Source: Eledone cirrhosa (lineage: Eukaryota). From it: a stretch of 64,000 nt of DNA. Positions 1 to 11,472 of the stretch are shown piece after piece (the first letter of the stretch is position 1; each line of letters begins with the position of its first letter). Location: the NCBI GenBank assembly GCA_964016885.1, contig OZ024743.1, forward strand, positions 277,636,001 to 277,700,000, given 5' to 3'. The notes beneath the pieces are model-generated. The model saw nothing but the letters and a program-made list of their open reading frames with translations, did no database searches and was not told the DNA's origin. The position numbers and the translations under genes were made by a program.

Positions 1-93
1 CATCCCATCCATGTTCTTGGCATAGAGTTTCAGATCGTCCACAAAGAAGTTATGGGTTACGTTCGTATTTCTGTCTTCCTGTGAGCCAATGAT
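1..93 (-). mobile_element. R4/Dong-type LINE reverse transcriptase fragment (runs off window)
   Basis: Minus-strand translation IIGSQEDRNTNVTHNFFVDDLKLYAKNMDGM contains the HxxFVDDLKLY catalytic motif typical of R4/Dong RTs; abuts a (TATG)n array. Confidence 0.75.
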
Positions 94-180
94 GTATGTA
101 TGTATGTATGTATGTATGTATGTATGTATGTATGTATGTATGTATGTATGTATGTATGTATGTATGTATGTGTGTGTGTG
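94..180. repeat. (TATG)n/(TG)n microsatellite
   Basis: Direct reading. Confidence 0.95.
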
Positions 181-431
181 TACGTTTAGTCTTTGTTGGA
201 TTCAACGAAGGCTTTAGTTGATTGTATATTTTTAAAAATTGAATATAAAGCTATTATATTATTCTTCTCTCGGGAATAAATGGCTTCGGTAAAACAATTC
301 TTGTTTCATTTAAGATTTTTCAAAACCTGTATTTTGGAGAGTGTCTGTAAAATATAAGGATGGGTCCGGTAAAACATCGTATAAGGGTTGTGCGGCAAAA
401 TAATTTTGACACCCAAATATATTATTAAAAA

Positions 432-630
432 CACACGTGGGAGAAATATAGGGAACAGAAACCGCGGAAAAGACAAGCACATGGCCAATTTTACGTTCAT
501 CGTCTGTCTCTCTGGGGATCATTATAGTTTCGGATGCTTTATAAGACAGAAATGTTCACCCCCAGTACATCAATAGAAACTACAGAGCTATCCATGGATT
601 GAAATAACGGACGTTGGACAACAAAACAAG

Positions 631-701
<71 letters not shown>

Positions 702-726
702 GCACACGCACGCACACGCACGCACG

Positions 727-797
<71 letters not shown>

Positions 798-1448
798 CAA
801 AACAAGAAGAAATATCTACATACGGATATGGGACAGGAAAATTGTTACAATGGAAAGCAACACAGATAAGGGCTAGATAACCGTAGTAGAAATGAAGGAA
901 TGAATTAAATTAATACTAGTTTGAGTAGTAGCCCTAGAACTGATATTAATAGTAGAGACATGGCGCAGATGAGTGATTAGGCCGGTGTTAAACTGCAAAA
1001 GGCTAAGACAAAGGATTTGAAAGGAAGGGCAGTGTTAAGAATGGGGTAGAGGGAGAGAAACGATAGGTAGATGGATATAGAGGGAGAAATAGAGATAGAT
1101 AGATAGACGGAAAAATGGAGAGAAAGCAGGAGATAGAGTGTCATAGCAGTAGTAAAGAACAGTTTGATATAAAAATTAGGCTGTATAGTTATAATGGTTT
1201 CTGATTTTTAAATAATGGCTTCTGTTTACTGTGTGGTTATAATAAAATGTAAAAGATAAACACGCGGAAGAAATACAGGAAGGAGAAAACGCGGAATAGA
1301 CAAGTATTTGAACAATTCCATCTCATCGGCTGTCTTTCTGGAGATCACTATAGTTTCGGTATAAGGCAGGACTATTCACCCCTTGTAAATCTACAGAAAC
1401 CACGGAGTTATTATCTATGGATGAAAGCACAACGGACGTTCGATAAAA
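432..1448 (+). repeat. Diverged ~190-bp direct repeat pair (432-622 and 1260-1448), probably a decayed retroelement 3' region
   Basis: Shared blocks CACG.GG.AGAAATA..., TCTGG.GATCA.TATAGTTTCGG, ACGGACGTT; the second copy is immediately followed by an HHR-like motif. Confidence 0.6.
633..796. repeat. (CA)n microsatellite
   Basis: Direct reading; explains the CV/HT ORFs. Confidence 0.95.
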
Positions 1449-1452
1449 AGGT

Positions 1453-1531
1453 CTGATGAGCTTTAGATTCCAGAATCGGGTCCAATCGATAGAGATCGAA
1501 CCTTGAGCTGATCAATCGCGAAACGCGCGTC
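1453..1531 (+). ncRNA. Degenerate hammerhead-like motif with long stem II
   Basis: CTGATGA-GC...GC-GAAA-CGCGCG-TC with palindromic stem III; stem I does not pair well; related partial copy on the minus strand at ~11970-12034. Confidence 0.45.
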
Positions 1532-1675
1532 AGAGCTGAATAAACTTATTGAAAATTTGACACTTCGTCCATACTTATTATTATTACACTCTGCTGAATA
1601 CAAAAATCCCAAGTACATATTGTAGACTACGCATCGAGGGCTTACTTTTAACCTGTATATACGTAAATATATATT

Positions 1676-1734
<59 letters not shown>

Positions 1735-1819
1735 GTTATTCCGGGTTGAATCGGAGGTAACCACAGTAAGTAAGGTACTCAATACATAGCAGAGTATAAT
1801 AGTTTCATTCAATAGAAAT

Positions 1820-1823
<4 letters not shown>
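1735..1823 (-). mobile_element. Penelope pLTR-like terminal remnant (family also at 17902-18040 and 18791-18900)
   Basis: Shared GTAACCACAGT...GGTACTCAATA...AGAGTA block; copies at 17.9 and 18.8 kb include an HHR 3' half (GAATGAAACAGTTCT.GTCCTGTAG on minus); each abuts (TA)n. Confidence 0.6.
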
Positions 1824-1886
<63 letters not shown>

Positions 1887-1926
1887 AAATCAAAGAACGC
1901 CTATATACTTTTATACAACTTTTATT

Positions 1927-1973
1927 CGCTGACAATGTTTCATCCATACCGTGGGGCAGGAATCATCAGAGCG
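1927..1973 (-). ncRNA. Minimal type I hammerhead ribozyme in the inverted pLTR
   Basis: Minus strand CGCT-CTGATGA-TTCC(tgccccacggtat)GGAT-GAAA-CATTG-TC-AGCG; stem I CGCT/AGCG, GUC cleavage triplet. Confidence 0.8.
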
Positions 1974-2215
1974 TTATAAACAAAAATATAGTGCTGAATA
2001 TAAGCTCTACCAAGCTTAGTCACCAGAACAGTAGATATACAGTACGGGTTAATAAGAGGGAGATTGGAGGTGAGAAGGATGGAGAGAATGCGTAATGGGG
2101 TTGTTAGTCAACATTATAGCAAAATATGAGAATACAAGCACATTTTCTCACAAGAGACTGAGGCATGTGAAGGTACACAAAAGCGATTAAAAGCAATTAA
2201 AGATAATTAAAAAGT

Positions 2216-4143
2216 TTGTCTAATTTGATATTGATTTGTATTACACGTAAAACTAAAATCCTTTTTGAGGAGCAATTATGGACCCGGAAGAACACACCTA
2301 ACAACTTTGATATCACAATGGGTTCTAGTGACTCAGCACAGGTCACTGATTTAGTTGGACTTACCTCCTCCATGAGCTGCATAAAACATCTCCGTATATT
2401 CGCGGTGAACTACCCTTGAGTATAAAAAATATAACATTGAAAGGACAACGAAGGACCTACGTAAATTCTTTAAAGGCTTTAACCTTAGTATTACTATGGA
2501 TAGGAATAATAAAACAGTTAACTTTTTAGATGTAACCCTTGACCTAGAATATATGATCTTCCCACCTTATCATAAACCTAATGAGAGACTGACGTATGTG
2601 ACTGCTAATTCCAACCATCCTCAATCATTACTAAATGCAATTATTAAAGGCGTATCTAATAGCATTAGCCGTTTGTCATATAGCGAGGACGCATTTAATT
2701 CTAATGTTGAATATTATAGTGATGCACTAGAAAGGTCTGGTTATAGGAATAAGTTATATTACATACCTAGTAACTTCCAAACCACCTATTCTGGACCAAA
2801 TAGTATAATTACGCACAAAATGTCATTGAAAAATAATAGTAATAGAAATAGGAGTAGGGGTAAGACTCTTATAGTAAATAATTTGGCCCAACCCCTACGG
2901 AATAACCCTACAGTCCATCCTTCTCATATTTCTGCTAATAACACTAATAGCGGTATGATGAGATCTAGAATCTCAACGCACAGTATAGTTGATGATGTAG
3001 GTAGGGACCAAAATAGCGTAGGACATTCACAACAGGTAAATTATAGCAATAATATTGATGGCAATAGGAGTAATGGTGGTTTTTATAGTAACCCTTCTCT
3101 TGTGAGGAAAAATAAAAAAATAGAAGAAGACTAAACATATACTTTAACCCACCCTACAACTCGGAAATCTTAACTAACCTTCCCAGAACGTTCTTCTTAA
3201 CCCTAGAAAGGAATTTTCCGCCTGGCAGTAGATATCATAGTATAATTAATAAAAAAAATACGATTAAACTATCTTATTCCACTACCCCAAACCTAGCCTG
3301 CCACCTAGCACGCACTAATTATAAGAAAATTAGAGTAGGGTTCGACACCATCAAATCTGTAAGTAACCACCAACAACCAAACCCATTGGGAAATGAGTTG
3401 CCCGATGGTGGTAACGACACATCAGAAGTACAAATACCGTATCGGGAAAGTATTACCAACCAGTCCTTCCGAGACACGAGGAGCAATACACGCCGCAACT
3501 GTAATTGTAGACGGAGGGAAAATTGCCCTATGAAGGGCAATTGCCTCATGAGGAATATAGTTTATGTATGTGATGTTGTAACGGCAACCTCTACCAAAAC
3601 GTATGTGAGATCTTCTTCTACCTCCTTTAAGACTAGACACAACTCCTACAAATATACATTTAAATATGATAGGCTCAGGAATACCACCTCCTTGGGTAGT
3701 TATGTTTCCTTTTTAAAAAATGCTAGTATTAATTATACCCTTAATAGGACGGTGGATTGGCAGTATCGGTAGAGGGTCGGACGCCATGCTTTGACGCAAG
3801 GAGTTACGGCCCTTGCCATTCTGAGTTCCAATCCCGCCGAGGTTAACTTTGCCTTTCATCCTTACGGGGTCGATAAAATAAAGTACCAGTAATGTACTGG
3901 TTAATTGCTGGCCTTGTGCTAAAAGTAGAAACAATTAATTAAACCCTTAATTGGAGATTGGTAACTAAATCTACGCCTTACTGCCCCCCCCCCCCCCCGA
4001 GCAAAACTTGTAACCTGTGCCTTCTGGAGTCCCACGCCATAATATACTCTAGATGTAACCTGCTCAATAGGAAATCAGTAATATTTTCTTCTTGTCTACA
4101 TATGAATCTTAGTTCCTTTTACCACTTTAAGCCTATTAGCTAG
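2216..4143 (+). pseudogene. PLE RT + GIY-YIG endonuclease ORF, frameshifted and SINE-interrupted
   Basis: FDITMGSSDSAQVTDLVG, VNFLDVTLDL, PYHKPN, SNHP, YFNPPY, KLSYS, CNCRRRENCPMKGNC, IVY..TYV, FKTR, CNLCLLE..LLNRKS; YxDD region deleted; frameshifts in poly-A runs. Confidence 0.9.
3746..3935 (+). mobile_element. OK-like tRNA-derived SINE inserted into the PLE endonuclease
   Basis: GGTGGATTGGCAGTATCGGTAGAGGG...GAGTTCCAATCCCGCCGAGGTTAACTTTGCCTTTCATCC...GTAGAAACAATT; target duplication ATTAATTA(T/A)ACCCTTAAT on both sides. Confidence 0.9.
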
Positions 4144-6986
4144 ATCTGCCGGGATATCACTCCTCCCTCTTCAGTAACTCTGTAGCACTCTTTCAACGTT
4201 TCGCCACCTTAAACCTATTTCCTTAACCAAATAGCTTCTCTTCATGTTGACCTTCCTCGGTATACAATATTGTATGCCTATGTGCCATTTGTTGCATTGC
4301 ACATATGTATAGCTTGACAATCGGCTGTTTCTGGTTGGCCCGGCCCACTACACGGACGTCCAGGTTCTCAGGGGTGACCCCCCACTTGATCTACACTTCG
4401 TGGGTTCCCTATTGCAATAACAGTTGAGTAGTAACCCAACCCATCCACCCACAACTCGAGCGTTGCTAGTGTGTATGGGTACGCCTGGCCAACGTGTAGG
4501 GCGTGGATTCAAACTTTAGTTGCGTATTTGGTCCCTGATGGATAGCATAGCGTCCCAATAAATATATCTCCTGGATAATGGACGGTACTCTATGGGTATA
4601 ACAGCCCGTAGCTATTACGCAGGAAGTAATTTACCTACTCGCCCCCTTTGGCTTGGTCCCACAGACTCCTATGGGAGTATTTAGTTCCATATATAGACAC
4701 TTCTTGCTGCAGGACATGCGTACACTGCCCAGTCCTGCTACTTAGCAATGGCTATGACTCCTACCGTGGGGATAGACCCCGTACCCGCACCTATATATTA
4801 AATTAGGGTTCTTTTTACCGTAGTACCTATATATAATGCATCTGTTTGAACCCGACCCAGTATGAACACTTCCCCATAGTAGCATTAGTAAAGTAAATTA
4901 TGGTCTTATAAACATATCCTACGTTAAACTGGGATTTAATGGCATATGGTATGATCCATTTGACAACTCTGGAGGTCTAATAATAATATAGTTTTTTTAT
5001 TTGTACGAATTTTATTGACACAGCGTGGTAACTCACTTGGTGAATGAATTTTTGTAGCAGTTGGAAATAAATAATCTCATAGATGACGTGATAGAGTAGT
5101 CCCCCTTTCTCTGTCATTGAAACGTCATTAATTAGTGACTGAAAAGAGTAATACCCCGTATCTGCCTTTTACGTCATGGATTAGTGTGTATATACCTATC
5201 GCCATTGGGACGAATTGTGAAGCGGCTGTGTTTATTTTTTGCGGAGCCGGGTTCCTGGATTATTGCGGGATATAAGAGCTGTCTTGTACGACTAATGTAT
5301 ACCTGAATAAGTACGACCTCATTTAACAGACATGCTGTTGTGCCTGGTGGAATTATGGATTTGATCTGAACACTTTTATGCTATTTTTTGTGTTTTATGT
5401 TACTTGTTAAACCACGTGCTTTACGCGAAGGGTCAACAAGCAATTACTGCTGCATATAATCAAGCAATGTTTAGACGCGGTTACGGTTGGAATACGGAGT
5501 GGGATGCATATAATCATATGAGGATTTGGAATTGTAACTTAGACATGTAACACATCTCAGTCTAGAGTTTTAAACATATGAGGATTTGGATGTGTAACAT
5601 CGGCTTGTAACACATATTACCATATGTGCTGGTATGTATTGGTTGACATATGAATACGGTTGGATTACCATCTACAGACGATCTACACATATGTTATGAC
5701 TTCTCGCCAATTAGGACATATGAAAGCGGTTGGATTACCATCTACGGATGATCTATCTCTGTAATGACTTCTCGCCAAATAAGCCTTAAACCATGTTTGT
5801 TATGTATTGATTGCTTCAGCATCATACTGGGGTGTCACATAGCAAAATGCCATGACCCCGCTTTGACTTTATTTTGGCTTCTATCGGTGTTGTACCTATC
5901 CCTATGCAAGCTTGACACCTCTTATCCACGTAATTCCATAACCTACTGGTATACCCTGATTGTGCATACTATGGGGGGGGGATAATATCCCCTTTGGACT
6001 CTCTTAAGATACCTTAAGGGTCTCATGGCATTTTTCTATGTGACACTCCAGTGTAATGCCGAGTCCTGCATCGCAGGGAACTCTGTATGAATTATTTCTC
6101 TGGTTCATGTTGATACGAAAGGCTCCTATGTGGGATACCCAATAGTGGTGTTATCCTCTCTCCCCGTAGAGAGGCATCAGATGTATGATGGCCTGTATTT
6201 AATGATTGTTACATCAGGGATCTTTAATAGTCTCTTGAGTATATATCCTTGAGTACACCTCTAGTAAGTGTTGTATGGTTGTGTTGAGTAATCGAGTTTG
6301 TAACTTGCCATTTAAAACACTAGCTATACTACCATGACATATCGAACTTGCCCACCGAGAGGGAGGACGTGATCCTGCTGGGCTGGGATCCTTCCCCTTA
6401 CGGTGACTTGGGACACGCATTATTCGTGGTGAAATGAAACTTATCTGATAAACATTCTAATATTGACTATTGTGATGTTTGTAGGCCCTGTGATTTACCC
6501 TATGAACTCATAGTTAGACCTATGACTCTAAGTCATGTGAAATTAATTTGCCTTATCTGCCTCCTGTGGTACATAGTGCATGTATCATTTAATTGCTTCT
6601 GTGTGCGTTCACTTGCCTCTGTTTCTCGTTTGATACTCTATGACTGTAAGTCATGAAAAACTAACTCACCTGTCTTCTATAGTGACCAACGCATACCTTC
6701 TTTTGTTGCTTTTGTGTGCCTTCATATGCCTCAATTTCTTCTCTCTTTTTTAATTATCTTTAATTGCTTTTAATTGCTTTTGTGTACCTTCACATGCCTC
6801 AGTCTCTTGTGAGAAAATATGCTTGTATGCTCATATTTTGCTATAATGTTGACTAACAACCCCATTACGCATTCTCTCCATCCTTCTCATCTCCAATCTC
6901 CCCCTTACAATCCTGTACTGTATCTCTACTGTTCTGGTGACTAAGCTTGGTAGAGCTTATATTCAGCACTATATTTTTGTTTATAA

Positions 6987-7022
6987 CGCACTGATGATTC
7001 CTGCCCCACGGTATGGATGAAT
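6987..7022 (+). ncRNA. Hammerhead ribozyme copy with deleted cleavage site
   Basis: Same CTGATGATTCC...GGATGAA as 1927-1973, but the 14 nt covering stem III and the GTC site are missing between two GAA microhomologies. Confidence 0.75.
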
Positions 7023-7163
7023 AAAAATTGTTTGAGTATATAGGCGTTCTTTGATTTTTTTAATCTATAACAGCTCTGTTATTGTACATTGAACTAATAA
7101 GATACTGTCACAAATACGACAATGTGCAGGTGTGTTTATGCACATATGGTCCGTTGTCTACGT

Positions 7164-7239
<76 letters not shown>

Positions 7240-7240
<1 letters not shown>

Positions 7241-7656
7241 CGGCGATGAATTAGTTTTGCGAGGTTTTTGATATGAAATCGTGTGTCGAATCAAATATTG
7301 TTATACTTGGGGAGGGTAATATTTGGGTAATATTGCCAGAATTAATAACAGAACACACTCACTGTTTGGTTGGTTTTCGCTTTTCGCTTCTGTGTCTTTT
7401 ATATCGGTTAATTTAATATATTCGGTCCTCAATGTTGCCATTGACTGACCAACGGTCAAAAATACAGATAGAATATAGACACAAACACATATATATATAG
7501 TCTATCAAAGTTCTTTCGTTGCACATCTGCAACATCGTCAGTGGTGCTATTGTTTCCTCCCATGCATCGTATGTCTACGCCATCTTTATTTAGTCTGTTT
7601 ATATATTTATTTATTAATTCTGGCAATATTACACAAATATGACCCTCCCCAAGTAT

Positions 7657-7662
<6 letters not shown>
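7240..7662. mobile_element. (TA)n-embedded repeat with inverted end (7276-7328 vs 7610-7662); another copy at 29612-29740 (minus)
   Basis: TTGTTATACTTGGGGAGGG...GCCAGAATTAATAA mirrored; long match to 29612-29740. Confidence 0.7.
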
Positions 7663-7694
<32 letters not shown>

Positions 7695-7805
7695 GACGTA
7701 AATAAGAATGGAATCTAGCCCCCACTCGCTTTTTTCCATCCACTGAATTATTTTTATATAAGTTCCCAGTGTCCCCGCATTGCCTGGAAGTTTAGCTGAG
7801 AATAG

Positions 7806-7886
7806 ACTCCCTGATGACGTAAGGCTTTTCTATGGATACGCTCCGTAACCATATTTATCCCCTTACAGAAACTAATTAGTTGGAGT
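7806..7886 (+). ncRNA. Type I hammerhead ribozyme (family B, copy 1) in element 7691-8055
   Basis: ACTCC-CTGATGA-cGTAAGG...CCTTACa-GAAA-CTAATTAG-TT-GGAGT; stems I and II pair, stem III is palindromic. Confidence 0.8.
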
Positions 7887-8072
7887 GAAATTTTAGTAAG
7901 TAAGTTAATTTTCATAACTTTCTTATTTACGTCTTTCATATAATTGTTCTGCATCCCCTTGCATAGAACCACAAAGTTACTAAGACAAAACATATATATT
8001 TGCTAACATAGGTATGCATCTGTATACATATGTTGGTAGATATACTAATTCTTTATATATATATATATATAA

Positions 8073-8162
<90 letters not shown>

Positions 8163-8228
8163 GTGCGTGTGTGCGGGTGTGCGGGGGGGTGTAAATATAT
8201 ATATATATATATACACACATACACACTC

Positions 8229-8270
<42 letters not shown>

Positions 8271-8337
8271 AAGGTTTAGCAAATAATGAAAATGTTTCAA
8301 AATAAATTTTAAAAAATTGACTTTACCTACTATAGTT

Positions 8338-8420
8338 ACCTTTACCGATCGGTTTCGAATCTCAAAAATAAACGGAGACCATACGGCCTTCGTTGCAAAG
8401 AAAGATTCTCGTCAGAAGGT
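8338..8420 (-). ncRNA. Type I hammerhead ribozyme (left palindrome arm)
   Basis: ACCTT-CTGACGA-GAATCT...AGATTC-GAAA-CCGATCGG-TA-AAGGT. Confidence 0.85.
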
Positions 8421-8960
8421 TCTTTTCATTCGAAGAATATAAAATTCCTGAATTTAAATTACGAACTAGCGCTATCAAAACTGTTCCTGGGATGAGAGTG
8501 GATGATGTAGAAACAGGTTTATCAAGGGCCGAAGTAAAGATAGAGGCAGAAGGAGGTAGGTCAAACCAGCCGCAGCTATCACTAGCAGCAGTCGGAGCGA
8601 CCAAATTTGTTCTCAACTTAGAGGAGCTAGTAATAATAGGATATGTGTTCCTTCACGCACAAGGCGCTAAGGTACGCATGTATTGTCCAACCAAATGCCA
8701 GTGTGGTTCAATAGCGCCTTGTGCGTGAAGGAACACATATCCTATTATTACTAGCTCCTCTAAGTTGAGAACAAATTTGGTCGCTCCGACTGCTGCTAGT
8801 GATAGCTGCGGCTGGTTTGACCTACCTCCTTCTGCCTCTATCTTTACTTCGGCCCTTGATAAACCTGTTTCTACATCATCCACTCTCATCCCAGGAACAG
8901 TTTTGATAGCGCTAGTTCGTAATTTAAATTCAGGAATTTTATATTCTTCGAATGAAAAGA

Positions 8961-9043
8961 ACCTTCTGACGAGAATCTTTCTTTGCAACGAAGGCCGTAT
9001 GGTCTCCGTTTATTTTTGGGATTCGAAACCGATCGGTAAAGGT
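8961..9043 (+). ncRNA. Type I hammerhead ribozyme (right palindrome arm)
   Basis: ACCTT-CTGACGA-GAATCT...GGATTC-GAAA-CCGATCGG-TA-AAGGT; GUA cleavage after 9038. Confidence 0.85.
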
Positions 9044-9223
9044 AACTATAGTAGGTAAAGTCAATTTTTTAAAATTTATTTTGAAACTTTTTCATTATTT
9101 GCTAAACCTTGTTTATATTTGTTCTGGCTCGTTAATTTATTAACCTGCCATTGAACCACACTGGCATTTGGTTGGACAATACATGCGTATCTTAGCGCCT
9201 TGTGCGTGAAGGAACACATATCC

Positions 9224-9321
<98 letters not shown>

Positions 9322-9766
9322 CTATATGAGTGAGCTTTCCTTCAAACGTGTATAGTATACAGCAGATCCAATAAAAACATATAGAAACAGAAATCAACTT
9401 GTGTCTGTCTGTTTTGTCCAGTAATATCCATTACAAATAGATACTACGTGTACTATAACTACGCAACCACCACACATACTACACCCACTACATATATTAT
9501 ATACTGTACTACAAAAGTCCATTGCAAAGTAAGTATTCGTCTGTATTGGCTAGAGAAGCTGATGACTATAAATTGACATACTATTCTACACAATTGAATG
9601 ACTCCCACTCCCAGAACAACTGCTCTCATGTATGTTTGTTCGTGGTTGAGCTCTTGGTCATAATTATACTGTTAACCTAATCTCACATTGCGGTTTATCC
9701 GCTATCTCATTCAATAATCTGGCAAATATTGATTATTACGCATCCACAGAAACCAAACAGAACCTC

Positions 9767-9972
9767 CATCATCACCATCACGATCATCATCACCATCACC
9801 ATCACCATCACCATCACCATCACCATCACCACCATCATCATCATCATCATCATCATCACCATCATCATCATCGTCATCATCACCATCATCATCACCATCA
9901 CCATCATCACCATCATCGTCATCATCACCATCATCATCACCATCACCATCACCATCACCATCATCATCGTCG

Positions 9973-10005
<33 letters not shown>

Positions 10006-10090
10006 ACATCACCACCACCACCGCCGCCACCACAAACACAAAACGCACCAACATGGCCACCGCCGTCACTGTCATCATCTCCACCACCAC
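9767..10090. repeat. (CAT/CAC)n low-complexity array
   Basis: Direct reading. Confidence 0.9.
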
Positions 10091-10289
10091 AATCGGACCC
10101 CCCCCCCTTCTTCCCCACCATCAGCACTAGGAAATGGGGATATCATCAGTAATTAGTGCAAAAATATCCACCAGAGACTTGTTGGTCATGTTTATATAGC
10201 AATCTATCTCTCGCTTTCTCTCTCTTTCACCCTCTCTCTCTCCTTCCCCATTACTGATTTCTCTCTGCCCATCTATCTCTGTATATAAC

Positions 10290-10569
10290 GCACACACGCA
10301 CACACGCACTCACACACACAGACACACACGCACACACACATAATATATATATATATATATACACACGTATATATATATATTTTTATATATGTTATATAAC
10401 ATATATTGTACATAAATATACACACACACATACTCACACATGTATATATATATATAAATATACACACACATATATATATATCTATATATCTATATATGTT
10501 ATATAACATATTGTACATAAATATACACACACGCACACTCACTCACACACACACACACAGACACACACG

Positions 10570-10607
<38 letters not shown>

Positions 10608-10906
10608 CACGTATATATATATATATTTATATATGTTATTTAACATATATTAGACATAAATACACACACACACACGCACACACACATAATATATATATAT
10701 ATATACACACGTATATATATATATTTATATATATTATATAACATATATTGTACATAAATATACACACACACACACATACTCACACACACACACACGTATA
10801 TATATATAAATATACACAGACGTATATATATCTCTATATATCTCTAAATTTTATATAACAGATTGTACATAAATATACACACACGCACACTCACACACTC
10901 ACACAC

Positions 10907-10970
<64 letters not shown>
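10290..10970. repeat. Compound CA/TA minisatellite with recurring ATTGTACATAAATATACAC anchor (~5 units)
   Basis: Anchor recurs at ~10405, 10510, 10650, 10747, 10862. Confidence 0.75.
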
Positions 10971-11154
10971 GGGAGCCCCTACATGGACACACTAGAAGAG
11001 GAAGACCAAGGTTAACGTATGTTGATGCCCTAAGGACAGACACTGGTCTGTTGGAGACGCAGGACATGGCAGCGATAATGAGGGACAGAGACCGCTGGAG
11101 AGAACTCGTCCATGGATCTAGGGAATTTTACCCGCCTTAGAATAGAATAGAATA
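10971..11154 (+). mobile_element. RTE-clade LINE 3' end (near-identical inverted copy at 13254-13440)
   Basis: EPLHGHTRRGRPRLTYVDAL...RDRDRWRELV; (TAGAA)n tail. Confidence 0.8.
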
Positions 11155-11472
11155 TATATATATACATTGTATACATGGATGTTCACGTGGTCGTTTATGC
11201 GTTCTCTAATGCGAAAAAATATAACCAACAGTACGTAATTCAAAAAGAAATAAAAAAAAATATAATCTTAGTGCATACATACAGACGTACAAAAGTACAG
11301 GCACAAAAGTACAGACTCACAAGTACACGCACACAGACCCCCCCCCCCCCCCTCATACACACTGAACGTCACGCCAGGGATTTAATCTCTAATCGCTAGA
11401 GAGAACTGATAAATTGACATCCAAATCTCTTTTGAATTCCGATCTATTTAATGTGCCTGTGATAGTATATAT

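Larger units (their letters stand above)
1882..7165 (+). mobile_element. 5'-truncated Penelope-like element (Naiad-type) with inverted pLTR at the 5' end
   Basis: 1882-2214 is the reverse complement of ~6746-7060; RT/GIY-YIG ORF remnants lie between; HHR in the pLTR; flanked by (TA)/(GA) arrays. Confidence 0.88.
8263..9228. mobile_element. Retrozyme-like 481-nt unit forming a ~407-bp-arm palindrome plus a partial tandem copy
   Basis: 8263-8669 is the reverse complement of 8712-9118 (2 mismatches seen); TAGCGCCTTGTGCG recurs at 8712 and 9193; flanked by (TA)n. Confidence 0.88.

Noticed and set aside
2216-4143. Selenocysteine recoding in the Naiad-type ORF
   Set aside because: Interruptions are frameshifts, a deletion and a SINE insertion; no in-frame TGA at a Cys position and no SECIS identified by eye
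9560-9566. Isolated CTGATGA/CTGACGA heptamers (also 26428, 42042)
   Set aside because: No downstream GAAA with pairing stems; expected by chance
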